A DNA stretch of 64,000 nt, from NCBI GenBank assembly GCA_002255575.1, contig NCAT01000003.1, positions 126,341-190,340 on the forward strand. The letters run 5' to 3'. This document shows positions 38,805-49,794 of this stretch, one piece after another. This stretch comes from Acidocella sp. 20-57-95. Lineage in GTDB: Bacteria > Pseudomonadota > Alphaproteobacteria > Acetobacterales > Acetobacteraceae. Within the stretch, counting starts at the first letter, position 1; each line of letters opens with the position of its first letter. The notes below the pieces were generated by a model. That model ran no database searches. It was not told the DNA's origin and saw only the letters and a program-made list of their open reading frames with translations. Position numbers and translations under genes: made by a program.

Positions 38805-40489
38805 GCGACCCCCCGGAATTTGGCATGGCGTATGGCATCCAAATCCAACCGCCGCGCCCCGGTGTCGTGGGCAAATTCCAGCGCCAACGCGGCGTGGCTG
38901 GCCAGCACAACGGTACGGCCGATTGCCAGACGTTTCAGGCTCTCCAGCACATCGCGTTCAATCGCCGGGTCAAGATGCGCCGTGGGTTCATCAAGCAGCA
39001 GCAACGGTGCGTCTTTCAGGAACGCCCGGGCGATGGCGATACGTTGCGCCTGGCCACCCGAAAGCCCGAACCCTGCTTCGCCGATCGGGGTGTCCAAACC
39101 GCGGGGCAGCTCGGCAATCACATCGCTCAGCCGTGCTAGTTTCACCGCTTGCGCCAACGCCTCGTCAGTCGCTTCCGGACGGGCAAACCTGATATTTTCA
39201 CCGATCGTGCCCCCGAAAATCATCGGTTTTTGGCCAATCCAGGCGATCATCCGCTCGCGCGCGGCTGGAATGACGGTGGTGAGTTCGATGCCGTTGAAGG
39301 TGACTTTGCCAGACTCAGGCGTGATGAAACCAAGAATCAGGTCGATGATCGTGGATTTGCCAGCACCGGACGTACCGGTAAGGAGCATCGTCTCACCCGC
39401 TGGCACCCGAAACGACAAATGTTCTAGCACCGGCCCACGCGCCGAACCCCAACCAAAACTCACATCCTCAAACGCCAGCGTGACACCGTGGGCGGCGATG
39501 TTGCGAATTTCTACCGGCGCGATAGGGGCCGGCATGGCAGGCAGCGTTGCCAAATCCTCGCCCACCGCCTCGGCTGCCATCCGGTCCTGATAGACCGCCG
39601 CAAATGCCCGCAAGGGCGCAAAGAATTCCGGTACTAAAAGCAATAAAAACAACGCTTTTTGCGCTAGTATTAAGTTACTTTCTAAATGTGGTGCAAAACG
39701 GATAACCACCAGCACCAAAGCCGCAGCTGCGGCCAAATCGAGCGCGGTCGAGGATAAAAATGCCACGCGTAACACGCGCATGGTGCGGGACCGCAGCTCA
39801 TCGGCCGCCCGACCAAGCGCTGCTGCTTCATCGGCCGTGCGGCCTGCCAGAACAATAGTTGAAATGCCGCGTATTCGGTCCAAAAACCGCACCTGCAGCC
39901 TGGTCATGGCGACAAACTGCCTCCGCGCCGCCACCCCGGCACCGATGCCCGCGACCGCCATCGCCACTGGCACCAACAAACCGGCCACCAGCAAAATCAG
40001 GCCGGAACGCCAATCAACGACCAACGCCACGATGCCGATCAGGCCAGGGCCAAGAACCGCCAAGCTGGTGGCGGGAATCCAGCGCGCGTGAAAGCCTTCC
40101 ATCGCCTCTACCCGGTCCACCGCCACCGCCGCTAATTCCGCTGAATGACGGCCATGCAACCCGTTCGGGCCAACCGCCAGCAGCCTGGAAAACATATCGC
40201 TACGCAAGCGCCGCCGCGCGGCGGCACCGAGCTCAAAGCTGCGCGACTCCGTCTGGTCCAGGCATAAGGCACGCAACAACACAAAAATGCTAAAACCAGC
40301 CACGTATAGAAATATCGCGGTACTGCTACGTAATGCTGGCAGCAACACCAGCGCCAGCAAATGCGCGGCGCAGTATATCTGCCCGATGCCCGCCGAAATT
40401 TGCGCGAGGCCCCAAACAACCGGCAGCCGCGCTGCCTTCCGCCCAAGCTTCTGTTCGGCGGCCACCCAGGCTTTGGTTTCAAGACTCAT
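38801..40489 (-). CDS. cydD: Thiol reductant ABC exporter CydD
   Basis: TMRVLRVAFLSS, LLVPEFFAPLR, LSGGQAQR. Confidence 0.93.
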   Translation of the reverse strand: MSLETKAWVAAEQKLGRKAARLPVVWGLAQISAGIGQIYCAAHLLALVLLPALRSSTAIFLYVAGFSIFVLLRALCLDQTESRSFELGAAARRRLRSDMFSRLLAVGPNGLHGRHSAELAAVAVDRVEAMEGFHARWIPATSLAVLGPGLIGIVALVVDWRSGLILLVAGLLVPVAMAVAGIGAGVAARRQFVAMTRLQVRFLDRIRGISTIVLAGRTADEAAALGRAADELRSRTMRVLRVAFLSSTALDLAAAAALVLVVIRFAPHLESNLILAQKALFLLLLVPEFFAPLRAFAAVYQDRMAAEAVGEDLATLPAMPAPIAPVEIRNIAAHGVTLAFEDVSFGWGSARGPVLEHLSFRVPAGETMLLTGTSGAGKSTIIDLILGFITPESGKVTFNGIELTTVIPAARERMIAWIGQKPMIFGGTIGENIRFARPEATDEALAQAVKLARLSDVIAELPRGLDTPIGEAGFGLSGGQAQRIAIARAFLKDAPLLLLDEPTAHLDPAIERDVLESLKRLAIGRTVVLASHAALALEFAHDTGARRLDLDAIRHAKFRGVA

Positions 40490-40582
40490 GCGCAGTTCAT
40501 TAATCGGTTCATAGCTTCCTGCCCAGCCATCGCAACCGCGAAATGCTGGACGGAAAGATAAATTTCGCGCAAAGCGCCGCTT

Positions 40583-41398
40583 ATGCTGATCGCCCGCACC
40601 CTACCCGACCTGCGCGCCGCCCTGACCGGCGATATCGGTTTCGTCCCCACCATGGGGGCACTGCATGAGGGGCATTTGGCGCTGATTGCGGCCGCGAAGC
40701 GTGCCGGTGGCAAGGTCGCGGCCAGCATCTTCGTCAATCCCAAGCAATTTGGCCCGAATGAGGATTTTTCGCGCTATCCTCGCACAGAAGCATCTGACCT
40801 CGAGAAATTAGCCGCCGCGGGGTGTCACGTTGTTTGGCTGCCCGACGTCGCGACCATGTATCCGGATGATGCGGCAACCATGATCACACTTGAAGGCCCG
40901 GCCTTGCGCTGGGAAGGCGCCGTCCGGCCCGGCCATTTCGCCGGCGTTGCCACGGTGGTGGCCAAATTATTCGGGCAGGTGCGGCCCACCCGCGCCTATT
41001 TTGGCGAAAAAGACTTCCAGCAAGTGCAGGTGATCCGCCGGATGGTGGCTGATTTGCTGCTGCCCGTTGAGGTCATCGCGATTCCCACAGTGCGGGAGAC
41101 CGACGGGCTGGCCTTGTCTTCGCGCAACCGGTTTCTCTCAGCAGAGGACCGCGCCAAGGCACCGGCCTTATTTGCCGCCTTGCAGGCTGCGGCCACTAGC
41201 ATCCGTGGCGGCGCCGATATTACTGAAACGCTTGCAAAAGCCTGTCATTATTTGATGAACTCTGGCCTGGTGCCGGATTATTTCAGCTTGGTTGATGCTG
41301 GCAGCTTAGAGCCGCTGCAAGCCTTCACACACCCTGCCCGGATATTGGCGGCAGCAAAGCTAGGGCCGGTCCGGCTGCTCGATAATATTGCGGTCTGA
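40583..41398 (+). CDS. panC: Pantoate-beta-alanine ligase
   Basis: PTMGALHEGH, FVNPKQF, FGEKDFQQ, LSSRN, RLLDN. Confidence 0.96.
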   Translation: MLIARTLPDLRAALTGDIGFVPTMGALHEGHLALIAAAKRAGGKVAASIFVNPKQFGPNEDFSRYPRTEASDLEKLAAAGCHVVWLPDVATMYPDDAATMITLEGPALRWEGAVRPGHFAGVATVVAKLFGQVRPTRAYFGEKDFQQVQVIRRMVADLLLPVEVIAIPTVRETDGLALSSRNRFLSAEDRAKAPALFAALQAAATSIRGGADITETLAKACHYLMNSGLVPDYFSLVDAGSLEPLQAFTHPARILAAAKLGPVRLLDNIAV

Positions 41399-41415
41399 TA
41401 ATTAGCCAACGAGGC

Positions 41416-42060
41416 TCATTCAGCGGCCGCCCGCAATGCCGCCCCGGCAGCCAAGGGGGCCAAAGGCAGAGCCATCACCAACATTGCCGCCAGCATCAGC
41501 AAAGCCGCCTGCGGGTGCGGGGCCGTGGCGGCGGCACAGCCGAAAATCAGCGTGGGGATCATCAGCGGCAGGGTGATTAATGGCATCAGCACAGCCGAAC
41601 GCCGCGCCCCCAGCGTAATCGACGCCGCCATGGTTCCCAGCAATGACAGCAACAATGTACCCGGCAGCAATGTAAGCAGCAGCAGCGGCACTTGTTCAGC
41701 CGGCATCCGCAGCATGACAGATAAAGGTGCCGCGATGATCAGCAGTGGCAGCCCGGTGGTGAGCCAATGGGCGGTAGTTTTCACCGCTGCCACACCACCG
41801 GCTGTGAGGCCCGAGAGCAGCAGTAAATCCAACGTGCCATCTTCAAAATCCGCGCCGAACAGCCGTTCCAGCGGCAGCAGGGCCGCCAGCAACGCGCAAA
41901 CCCAGATGATACCGGGGGCAATGACGCTCAGCACATGCGGGTCTGGCCCCAGAGCAAACGGAAATAATGTTGCAGCGATGACAAAAAACAGCAAAGCCGC
42001 CGCCGTGTCAGCCGATTGCCGCCAGGCCAGCCGTAGTTCCCGTGCGAGCATCCCTCTCAT
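41416..42060 (-). CDS. ccmB: Heme exporter permease CcmB
   Basis: FPFALGPD, DFEDGTLDLL, PLMIPTLIFG. Confidence 0.93.
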   Translation of the reverse strand: MRGMLARELRLAWRQSADTAAALLFFVIAATLFPFALGPDPHVLSVIAPGIIWVCALLAALLPLERLFGADFEDGTLDLLLLSGLTAGGVAAVKTTAHWLTTGLPLLIIAAPLSVMLRMPAEQVPLLLLTLLPGTLLLSLLGTMAASITLGARRSAVLMPLITLPLMIPTLIFGCAAATAPHPQAALLMLAAMLVMALPLAPLAAGAALRAAAE

Positions 42061-42629
42061 AGCGCCAATATCTCAGCACTCGGCAGGTCAAGCGGCGTAT
42101 GGGTACTGGCAATAACCATCCCGCCTTTTGCGCGGTGTGCCGCAAATACCGCCGTCAGCAGCGCAATCGAGGCTGTGTCCAGCCCGTTGGTTGGCTCATC
42201 AAGCAGCCAAAGCGGCGTATTTGAGGCTGCAACGCGGGCTAGAGCCAACCGCCGCTTCTGCCCCGCAGACAGCAATTTCGCCGGTAAATCCCGGTAGGAG
42301 GCCAGCCCAAGGGCCGCCAAAGCCGCCGAGTCTACCACATGCTCGCCCACATTCAGCGCGAATTTCACAGCATCCAGATGCCCGAGCCAGGCGATACGTT
42401 TTGCGTGGGTCGGCAAATCCTCCAACGCATCCTCGTCGCCCCAAAGCAGCTTGCCCGTGGCTAATTTGGTCAATCCCGCCAAGGCCCGCAGTAACGATGA
42501 CTTCCCAGCCCCGTTTGGGCCGCGCAACAGCAATGCCCCCCCTGCCGGGACCGCAAAGCTAATATCGCGGAAAACCAGCCGCTCGCCGCGAAACACCGCC
42601 AGATTTTGCGCAACGAAAGGCCCGGTCAC
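42057..42629 (-). CDS. ccmA: Heme exporter ATPase CcmA
   Basis: GPNGAGKSS, LSAGQKRR, WLLDEP. Confidence 0.93.
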   Translation of the reverse strand: MTGPFVAQNLAVFRGERLVFRDISFAVPAGGALLLRGPNGAGKSSLLRALAGLTKLATGKLLWGDEDALEDLPTHAKRIAWLGHLDAVKFALNVGEHVVDSAALAALGLASYRDLPAKLLSAGQKRRLALARVAASNTPLWLLDEPTNGLDTASIALLTAVFAAHRAKGGMVIASTHTPLDLPSAEILAL

Positions 42630-42794
42630 TGCGTTAAAAACCCCTCACCTCAATGGACGGACCGGCAAGCCTATGGTTAAAGCCCTGGCAGATCGACGAT
42701 GTGATGGTTGATACATAAAACCAGTCATCCATACCATCGTCCCGGTCGCGCCTAAGACCATTTCCGCGTTTGCAAAAAAAGGAACACCCGCGCA

Positions 42795-45482
42795 ATGACA
42801 GCCATTGGCCAAGACACCCTTAAAACCTTGAAGACCCTGACCGTTGAGGGCAAGGATTATAAGTATTTCTCTCTGGCTGAAGCCGCTGATGCGCTTGGCG
42901 ACATCTCCCAGCTGCCGCGCACCCTTAAGGTGCTGCTGGAAAACGTGCTGCGCTTTGAGAATGGCGGCAGCTATACCGTTGATGACGCCAAAGCGATTGT
43001 GGAATGGCTGAAATCTGCCTCCTCGACCAAGGAAGTGCCCTTCAAGCCGGCCCGTATTCTGATGCAGGATTTCACCGGCGTGCCGGGCGTGGTCGACCTC
43101 GCCGCGATGCGCGATGGTATTGTGGCCCTGGGCGGCAAGCCCGAAAAAGTGAACCCGCTGATCCCGGTTGACCTGGTGATCGACCATTCCGTGATGGTGG
43201 ACGTCGCCGGCACCTCCAGCGCGCTTTCAAAGAATATCGACCTGGAATTTGAGCGTAATGACGAACGCTACCGCTTCCTGCGCTGGGGCCAGGAAGCGTT
43301 TGATAATTTCCGCGTGGTGCCGCCAGATACCGGCATCTGCCATCAGGTGAACCTGGAATACCTCGCCCAGGTGGCCTGGACCTCCGAAAACGGCGGTTCA
43401 ACCTTTGTGTACCCGGACACTTTGTACGGCACGGACAGCCACACCACCATGGTGAACGGCATGGGCGTGCTGGGCTGGGGCGTCGGCGGTATCGAGGCCG
43501 AAGCTGCCATGCTTGGCCAGCCGATCGCCATGCTCATCCCCGATGTCATCGGCTTCAAGCTGACCGGCAAGCTGCCGGAGGGTGCGACCGCAACTGACCT
43601 GGTGCTGACCGCTACCCAGATGCTGCGCAAGAAGAGCGTGGTTGGTAAGTTTGTGGAATTCTATGGTCCGGGCCTTGATGATCTGGGTCTGGCTGACCGC
43701 GCCACCATCGCCAATATGGCGCCGGAATATGGCGCGACCTGCGGCTTCTTCCCGGTTGACCAGATCACGCTGGATTACCTGCATCTTTCCGGCCGCGATG
43801 AGCACCGCATCAAGCTGGTGGAAGCCTACGCCAAGGCGCAGGGCCTGTGGCGCACCAATGTCGATCCGAAATTCACCGACACGCTGGAACTCGACATGTC
43901 CACCGTGCAGCCCTCGCTCGCCGGTCCGAAGCGCCCGCAGGACCGCGTGCTGCTGAAGGATGCCTCCGCCGCGCTGAAAGTCGAACTGACCAAGTCACTC
44001 GGCGTGCCCGCTGGCGATGTCGACGTGAAGGCCAAAGTTGCTGGCACAAACTACGAACTCACCCATGGTGACGTGGTGCTGGCGGCTATCACCTCCTGCA
44101 CCAACACCTCGAACCCGAGCGTGCTGGTGGCTGCTGGTCTGGTGGCGCGTAAAGCACGTGCCCTGGGTCTGACGCCGAAACCGTGGGTGAAAACCTCGCT
44201 GGCCCCTGGGTCACAGGTTGTCACTGAGTATCTCAACAAGTCCAACCTCTCGGCTGACCTCGACGCGATGGGCTTCCAGACCGTTGGTTATGGCTGCACC
44301 ACCTGCATTGGCAATTCCGGCCCACTGCCGGATGCGATTGTGGACGCGATTGAAAACAACAAGCTGGTGGCGGTCTCGGTGCTGTCTGGCAACCGGAACT
44401 TTGAAGGCCGCGTGCACCCGAACGTACGGGCCAACTACCTCGCCAGCCCGCCTTTGGTGGTGGCCTACGCGCTGCTCGGCAATATGCGCGAAGACATCAC
44501 CACTGCGGTCATCGGCACCTCGAAGGACGGCAAGGATGTGTTCCTGAAAGACATCTGGCCGACCAACAAGGAAATCAACGACACTGTGCATGCCGTGCTC
44601 AGCCGCGAAATGTTCCTTGACCGTTACAGCGATGTTTTCAAAGGTCCGAAGCAGTGGCAGGCGATTGAAGTGAAAGGTGGCACCGACACCTATGCCTGGC
44701 CGTCTGGGTCTACCTACGTGAAGAACCCGCCCTACTTTGATGGCATTACCATGACCCCGGCACCGGTAGCCGACATAAAGGGCGCGCGTATTCTGGCCAT
44801 TCTGGGTGACTCGATCACCACCGACCATATCTCGCCCGCCGGTAACATCAAGAAATCAGCCCCGGCGGGTGTGTTCCTGAGCGAACACCAAGTGCTGCAG
44901 AAGGATTTCAACTCCTACGGTGCGCGCCGTGGCAATGATGACGTGATGGTGCGCGGTACGTTCGCCAACATCCGCATCAAGAACGAAATGCTGAACGGTG
45001 TGGAAGGCGGCATGACCCGCCACTACCCGTCCGGCGATGAACTTTCGATCTATGATGCGTCCGTGCGCTACAAGGCTGCCGGCATTCCGCTGGTCGTGTT
45101 TGGCGGCAGGGAATATGGCACCGGTTCATCGCGTGACTGGGCCGCCAAGGGCACCATGCTGCTGGGCGTGAAGGCCGTGATCACCGAGAGCTTCGAGCGT
45201 ATTCACCGGTCCAACCTGGTGGGCATGGGCGTGCTGCCGCTGACCTTCAAGGAAGGCATGGACCGCAAGTCACTGAACCTGAGAGGTGATGAGCTGATCG
45301 ACATTGTGGGCTTGGAAAACCTCTCCCCACGGATGGATTTGAAACTCGCCATCCACCGCGCCAACGGCACGGTTGACCATGTTGATCTGTTCTGCCGCGT
45401 GGATACAGCTGACGAAGTTAATTATTATCAGCATGGCGGTATTTTGCAGTACGTGCTGCGCGGCATGGCGAAAGCTGCGTAA
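42795..45482 (+). CDS. acnA: Aconitate hydratase A
   Basis: [47 protein letters not shown]. Confidence 0.98.
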   Translation: MTAIGQDTLKTLKTLTVEGKDYKYFSLAEAADALGDISQLPRTLKVLLENVLRFENGGSYTVDDAKAIVEWLKSASSTKEVPFKPARILMQDFTGVPGVVDLAAMRDGIVALGGKPEKVNPLIPVDLVIDHSVMVDVAGTSSALSKNIDLEFERNDERYRFLRWGQEAFDNFRVVPPDTGICHQVNLEYLAQVAWTSENGGSTFVYPDTLYGTDSHTTMVNGMGVLGWGVGGIEAEAAMLGQPIAMLIPDVIGFKLTGKLPEGATATDLVLTATQMLRKKSVVGKFVEFYGPGLDDLGLADRATIANMAPEYGATCGFFPVDQITLDYLHLSGRDEHRIKLVEAYAKAQGLWRTNVDPKFTDTLELDMSTVQPSLAGPKRPQDRVLLKDASAALKVELTKSLGVPAGDVDVKAKVAGTNYELTHGDVVLAAITSCTNTSNPSVLVAAGLVARKARALGLTPKPWVKTSLAPGSQVVTEYLNKSNLSADLDAMGFQTVGYGCTTCIGNSGPLPDAIVDAIENNKLVAVSVLSGNRNFEGRVHPNVRANYLASPPLVVAYALLGNMREDITTAVIGTSKDGKDVFLKDIWPTNKEINDTVHAVLSREMFLDRYSDVFKGPKQWQAIEVKGGTDTYAWPSGSTYVKNPPYFDGITMTPAPVADIKGARILAILGDSITTDHISPAGNIKKSAPAGVFLSEHQVLQKDFNSYGARRGNDDVMVRGTFANIRIKNEMLNGVEGGMTRHYPSGDELSIYDASVRYKAAGIPLVVFGGREYGTGSSRDWAAKGTMLLGVKAVITESFERIHRSNLVGMGVLPLTFKEGMDRKSLNLRGDELIDIVGLENLSPRMDLKLAIHRANGTVDHVDLFCRVDTADEVNYYQHGGILQYVLRGMAKAA

Positions 45483-45502
45483 AAATTTCTACACTCCACA
45501 TC

Positions 45503-45529
45503 AAAAGGGGGCCTTGCGGCCCCCTTTTT
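45503..45529. terminator. Bidirectional intrinsic terminator
   Basis: AAAAGGGGGCC-TTGC-GGCCCCCTTTT between convergent acnA and queF. Confidence 0.88.
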
Positions 45530-45567
45530 ATGTCTTTGCCACCTCCCGCCAATAATACATCCATCCC

Positions 45568-45591
45568 GTCATACCCGCGCAGGCGGGTATC
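45568..45591. repeat. Half copy of a GTCAT-type palindromic element (REP/RPE-like)
   Basis: GTC-ATACCCGC-GCAG-GCGGGTAT-C resembles the recalled GTCATTCCCGCG(N)GCGGGAATC motif. Confidence 0.5.
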
Positions 45592-45597
45592 TTCTTA

Positions 45598-46062
45598 TCA
45601 ACCCCGGCCGCGATACGCCGGCACAGCTTGCTCTGGTAGCCACACGCCTTCCGGCGCCGCGCCGGTTTGCCAGAATACATCGATGGGAATGCCGCCGCGT
45701 GGATACCAATAGCCACCGATACGCAGCCATACCGGGTTCAGCAACGCAATAATCCGGTCCGCGATCATGATGGTGCAGGCTTCATGAAACGCCCCGTGGT
45801 TGCGGAAGCTTTGCAAAAATAGCTTCAATGATTTGCTTTCCACCAGCCAGTCACCGGGGATGTAGTCAATCACGATATGCGCGAAGTCCGGCTGGCCGGT
45901 GATCGGGCAAAGCGAGGTGAATTCTGGGCAGGTGAAGCGCACCATATAATGTTTGCCATTGGTCTTGGCGGCAACACGTTCCAGCACCGCTGCTTCAGGC
46001 GAAGCCGGCATGCCAGTAGCAGCACCAAGCTGGTTTAAATTCTGATAACGATCGTCTGTCAT
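45598..46062 (-). CDS. queF: preQ0 reductase
   Basis: [34 protein letters not shown]. Confidence 0.96.
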   Translation of the reverse strand: MTDDRYQNLNQLGAATGMPASPEAAVLERVAAKTNGKHYMVRFTCPEFTSLCPITGQPDFAHIVIDYIPGDWLVESKSLKLFLQSFRNHGAFHEACTIMIADRIIALLNPVWLRIGGYWYPRGGIPIDVFWQTGAAPEGVWLPEQAVPAYRGRG

Positions 46063-46065
46063 GTA

Positions 46066-46782
46066 TTAAGTGCCTGCTGAAAATTTCTGGAACCCCTGCG
46101 CCCGCAAGGCGCAAGACGGGCACGTGCCGCAGCCGAAACCCCAAGCATGTTTGGTGCTGCGGTCGCCATAATAGCAGGTATGGGTGCCGTTGATGATGAT
46201 ATCAACCAACGCCTGCCCACCTAAATCTTTCGCAAGGTTCCAGGTGGCGGCTTTATCAATCCACATCAGCGGCGTGTGCAGCACGAATTGCCGTGCCATG
46301 CCGATATTCAATGCCAGTTGCATGGCTTTAACGGAATCATCACGGCAATCGGGGTAACCGGAAAAATCCGTCTCACACATGCCACCGACGATGTGTTTGG
46401 CACCACGGCGGTACGCGACCATCGCCGCAAAAGTGAGAAAAGCCAAATTGCGGCCAGGTACAAAGGTTGTCGGTAAACCTTCAGCGGTCATTGCAATCTC
46501 AATATCCTTGGTCAGCGCACTGTCCCCCAGCGCGCCCAGCACGGAAAGATCGACCACATGATCCTCAGCAAGGCGGTTATGCCATACTGGGTTAATATCA
46601 CGGATGGCTTGGCGCACCGGCTCCCGACACGTCATTTCCACAGCATGGCGCTGGCCATATGCAAACCCGATAGTTTCAACCGTGGTAAAATTCTGCAACG
46701 CCCAGCCAAGGCAGGTGGTGGAATCCTGCCCGCCGGAAAATAGCACCAGGGCCTTACAATCATCCAGCACGGAAAATACCAT
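46066..46782 (-). CDS. queC: preQ0 synthase
   Basis: [32 protein letters not shown]. Confidence 0.96.
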   Translation of the reverse strand: MVFSVLDDCKALVLFSGGQDSTTCLGWALQNFTTVETIGFAYGQRHAVEMTCREPVRQAIRDINPVWHNRLAEDHVVDLSVLGALGDSALTKDIEIAMTAEGLPTTFVPGRNLAFLTFAAMVAYRRGAKHIVGGMCETDFSGYPDCRDDSVKAMQLALNIGMARQFVLHTPLMWIDKAATWNLAKDLGGQALVDIIINGTHTCYYGDRSTKHAWGFGCGTCPSCALRAQGFQKFSAGT

Positions 46783-46833
46783 TCATCCGGCCATAACTCG
46801 CATTTTCCATAAACGTCCTGCCCGCATTGTTCC

Positions 46834-49056
46834 TTAATCCCCAAACTTACCAGACTTTGGAAAGCCGTTCGGCGGTAAGCGCCCCGCTTGCGCGCGGGAG
46901 CCGATCCATTCGGTTAACTTGGTTTCAGTGCGGGTATTGGCACCGAGCTTCCAGGTAAGGCCTTGCGCCAAGGTGAACACTTTCACATCAGCCATGCCGC
47001 CATCCTTATACTTCTGTAAGGCCACACCAGCACCTTTGGTCATTTCTGGTAGTTCGCTAAGTGGGAACACCAATAGCTTACGGTTCTCGCCAATCACCGC
47101 CACATGGTCGCCATTTGCCGGCACACAGTGCGAAAGCTCCTCTCCGGCTTTCAGACTAAGAATTTGCTTGCCCGCCTTACGTTCAGAATTTAATTCCGCG
47201 CCCGGGATAATAAAACCACGCCCGGCAGTGGCCGCAATCAGATAATTCTGCGCCGGGTCGGGTATGAATAAATCCACCACAGCATCATCATTGCCAAGTT
47301 CAATCGTCAGCCTAATCGCCTGCCCGTCACCACGCCCGCGCGGCAAATCCGAGGCTTTCAGCGTGTAAACCCTCCCATTGGTAGCCAGCAGCGCCAGACG
47401 GTCGGTTGATTCGCAGCGGCGCAATATGTGCAGCTTATCGCCTTCCTTGAATTTCAACTCGGCATCGGCAGCCAAATGGCCTTTGAAGGCGCGTATCCAG
47501 CCTTTTTGGCTGAGCACAACCGTCAACGGTTCGCGCTCCACAAAGGCTTCGGCGACAATTTCCAATACCGGTGCCGCAGCACTTATTTGCGTACGGCGAG
47601 CGCCGAGCGGGCCAGACCCAAACTTGGTCTGCACCTCGCCAATTTCGATGACGATTTTCTCCCAGCGCTTGCCTTCATCCTTCAGCAGCGCCTGCAAGCC
47701 TTTCTGCTCGGTGGAGAGCTTTTTATGCTCTTGCCGGATTTCCATTTCCTCCAGGCGGCGCAGTGAGCGCAGCCGCATGTTCAGAATCGCTTCCGCCTGC
47801 ACTTCGGTCAGCTTAAACGCCTTGATGAGTTTGGGCTTTGGCTCATCCTCGGTGCGGATGATCCGGATGACTTCATCGAGGTTTAAGAAAACCGCCAGAT
47901 AGCCTTCAAGAATCTCCAACCGCTTAGCGATGGCTTCGAGCCGGTGATTGGAACGGCGGATCAGCACCTCATGGCGGTGGTCGGTCCAGGATTTCAGCAA
48001 ATCCTTCAGCCCCATCACACGCGGGGTGCGGCTGGCATCCAGCACATTCATGTTCAACGAAAAGCGCGTTTCCAGGGCAGTGGATTTAAACAACGACGCC
48101 ATCAGCATCTCAGGGTCCACGGTGCGCGAGCGCGGCTCCAGCACCAGGCGGATTTTATCGTCCGATTCATCACGGATATCGGCCAGCAGCGGCAGTTTCT
48201 TCTCCTGCAACAGCACCGCCACCTGCTCGATTAGCCGCGATTTCTGCACCTGATACGGAATTTCGGTCACCACAATCACCCAGGTGCCGTGCTTTTGTTC
48301 TTCCCGCACCCAACGGGCGCGGGTGCGCAAACTGCCCCGGCCGGTTTCATAAGCAGCCAGCAAGGTTGCCTCATCTTCCACCAACTCGCCGCCTGTCGGG
48401 AAATCTGGCCCACGCAGATGTTTCAGCAAATCCGCCGTGCTGGCATTAGGGTGTTGGATCAGGTGAATTGCGGCGGCACAGACTTCCCCGGCATTATGCG
48501 GCGGAATCGAGGTCGCCATGCCAACGGCAATACCACTCGCACCATTGGCGAGCAGGTTGGGAAATGCCCCCGGCAGCACCACCGGCTCACTTTCCTCACC
48601 ATCGTATGTGGCGCGGAAATCCACGGCGTTTTCATCAATGCCACGCAGCAGAAATTCCGCTACTTCGGTCAGGCGGGATTCCGTGTAACGCATGGCCGCG
48701 GCATTATCGCCATCGATGTTGCCAAAGTTCCCCTGGCCTTCGATCAACGGAAAGCGCGAGGAGAATTCCTGCGCCAACCGCACCAGCGCCTCGTAAATTG
48801 AAGAATCGCCATGCGGATGGAATTTACCCATCACGTCACCCACCACGCGGGCGCATTTTTTGAAGCCCGAGCGCGGGTCAAGCTTCAACTGATGCATCGC
48901 GTAGATCAGGCGGCGATGCACAGGCTTTAACCCATCGCGTGCATCCGGCAGCGAGCGGGACATGATGGTGGAGAGCGCATAGGCCAAATAGCGTTCAGAG
49001 AGTGCCGAAGCCAGCGGGGCGTCTTCAATATGGCCGGTGCTCATGTCGATAGGCAT
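46834..49056 (-). CDS. parC: DNA topoisomerase IV subunit A
   Basis: [25 protein letters not shown]; alphaproteobacterial ParC-type C-terminus. Confidence 0.93.
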   Translation of the reverse strand: MPIDMSTGHIEDAPLASALSERYLAYALSTIMSRSLPDARDGLKPVHRRLIYAMHQLKLDPRSGFKKCARVVGDVMGKFHPHGDSSIYEALVRLAQEFSSRFPLIEGQGNFGNIDGDNAAAMRYTESRLTEVAEFLLRGIDENAVDFRATYDGEESEPVVLPGAFPNLLANGASGIAVGMATSIPPHNAGEVCAAAIHLIQHPNASTADLLKHLRGPDFPTGGELVEDEATLLAAYETGRGSLRTRARWVREEQKHGTWVIVVTEIPYQVQKSRLIEQVAVLLQEKKLPLLADIRDESDDKIRLVLEPRSRTVDPEMLMASLFKSTALETRFSLNMNVLDASRTPRVMGLKDLLKSWTDHRHEVLIRRSNHRLEAIAKRLEILEGYLAVFLNLDEVIRIIRTEDEPKPKLIKAFKLTEVQAEAILNMRLRSLRRLEEMEIRQEHKKLSTEQKGLQALLKDEGKRWEKIVIEIGEVQTKFGSGPLGARRTQISAAAPVLEIVAEAFVEREPLTVVLSQKGWIRAFKGHLAADAELKFKEGDKLHILRRCESTDRLALLATNGRVYTLKASDLPRGRGDGQAIRLTIELGNDDAVVDLFIPDPAQNYLIAATAGRGFIIPGAELNSERKAGKQILSLKAGEELSHCVPANGDHVAVIGENRKLLVFPLSELPEMTKGAGVALQKYKDGGMADVKVFTLAQGLTWKLGANTRTETKLTEWIGSRAQAGRLPPNGFPKSGKFGD

Positions 49057-49794
49057 TTATGAATCCTGTAAGCGTTCAAGCAGAAGGTCATAAAGCCGCT
49101 CGCGCGCCGGTGGAAGGGGCTTATGGCGGCTCCCGAACACGTCACGCGCCAGGAAATGCCCCGTCAGTTTCAGCCCATCCGCGCAATCTTCCTCAGTCAC
49201 GCGGACATCATCGAGCAAAAACGCTGGCAATTTCAACAAGCGAGGTGCCCAGTCACCGGCGGCTGAAATTGACAGCGCCCGGCCGGTTTTGGGTGACACG
49301 TAAGCGAGCTGGTCATTGTCCCCTGCCACCGCCCGCGCTGAAAAATCCAGGCCAAACCCCAGCTCGCGCAGCAAGTCCAATTCCCACCGCACCAAGGCGG
49401 GCAGCGCCATGCCGGGGATGTTAATCCCCGCCAGCAGCCGTGCGAGCCCCGCAAAAATATCGGGTGCCGCTTCCCGCTCCGGGAGAGAGCCAGCCGCCAA
49501 CGCACAGGCTGCGTTCAGTATTGCGAGGTTCAACCGGTCATCCATCGCCAACGCCGCCGCCGGGTGCACCATCTCGCCAGTAAAATGCCCTAATTGTTCT
49601 GGCAACCTGGCACTCCAGCCGGCGGTGATGAGATTACCAGGCTGCCAAAGTGCGGTTTTTCCCCGCCCATTGCCACCCCGCACCAGCCCTTTCCATGTGC
49701 CTTGCCCGGCGGTGAGCAGCATAATTAGCGCGTCACCCTCGCCGTAGGGGGCGGTCTCTAACACAATCGCTGGTTCGTCCCATTCTACGCTCAC
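49057..49794 (-). CDS. recO: DNA repair protein RecO
   Basis: OB-fold N-terminus, LRELGFGLD, YVSPKTGRA, LTGHFL. Confidence 0.93.
   Translation of the reverse strand: MSVEWDEPAIVLETAPYGEGDALIMLLTAGQGTWKGLVRGGNGRGKTALWQPGNLITAGWSARLPEQLGHFTGEMVHPAAALAMDDRLNLAILNAACALAAGSLPEREAAPDIFAGLARLLAGINIPGMALPALVRWELDLLRELGFGLDFSARAVAGDNDQLAYVSPKTGRALSISAAGDWAPRLLKLPAFLLDDVRVTEEDCADGLKLTGHFLARDVFGSRHKPLPPARERLYDLLLERLQDS

Noticed and set aside
38694-39590. 298-aa ORF antisense to cydD/cydC
   Set aside because: Common antisense shadow of ABC ATPase domains.
42630-42794. Structured leader in front of acnA
   Set aside because: Only weak imperfect pairing near 42698-42745; no recognisable motif; doubles as the divergent ccmA promoter region.
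46783-46833. preQ1 riboswitch upstream of queC
   Set aside because: The 51-bp gap lacks the preQ1 stem-loop and A-rich tail.
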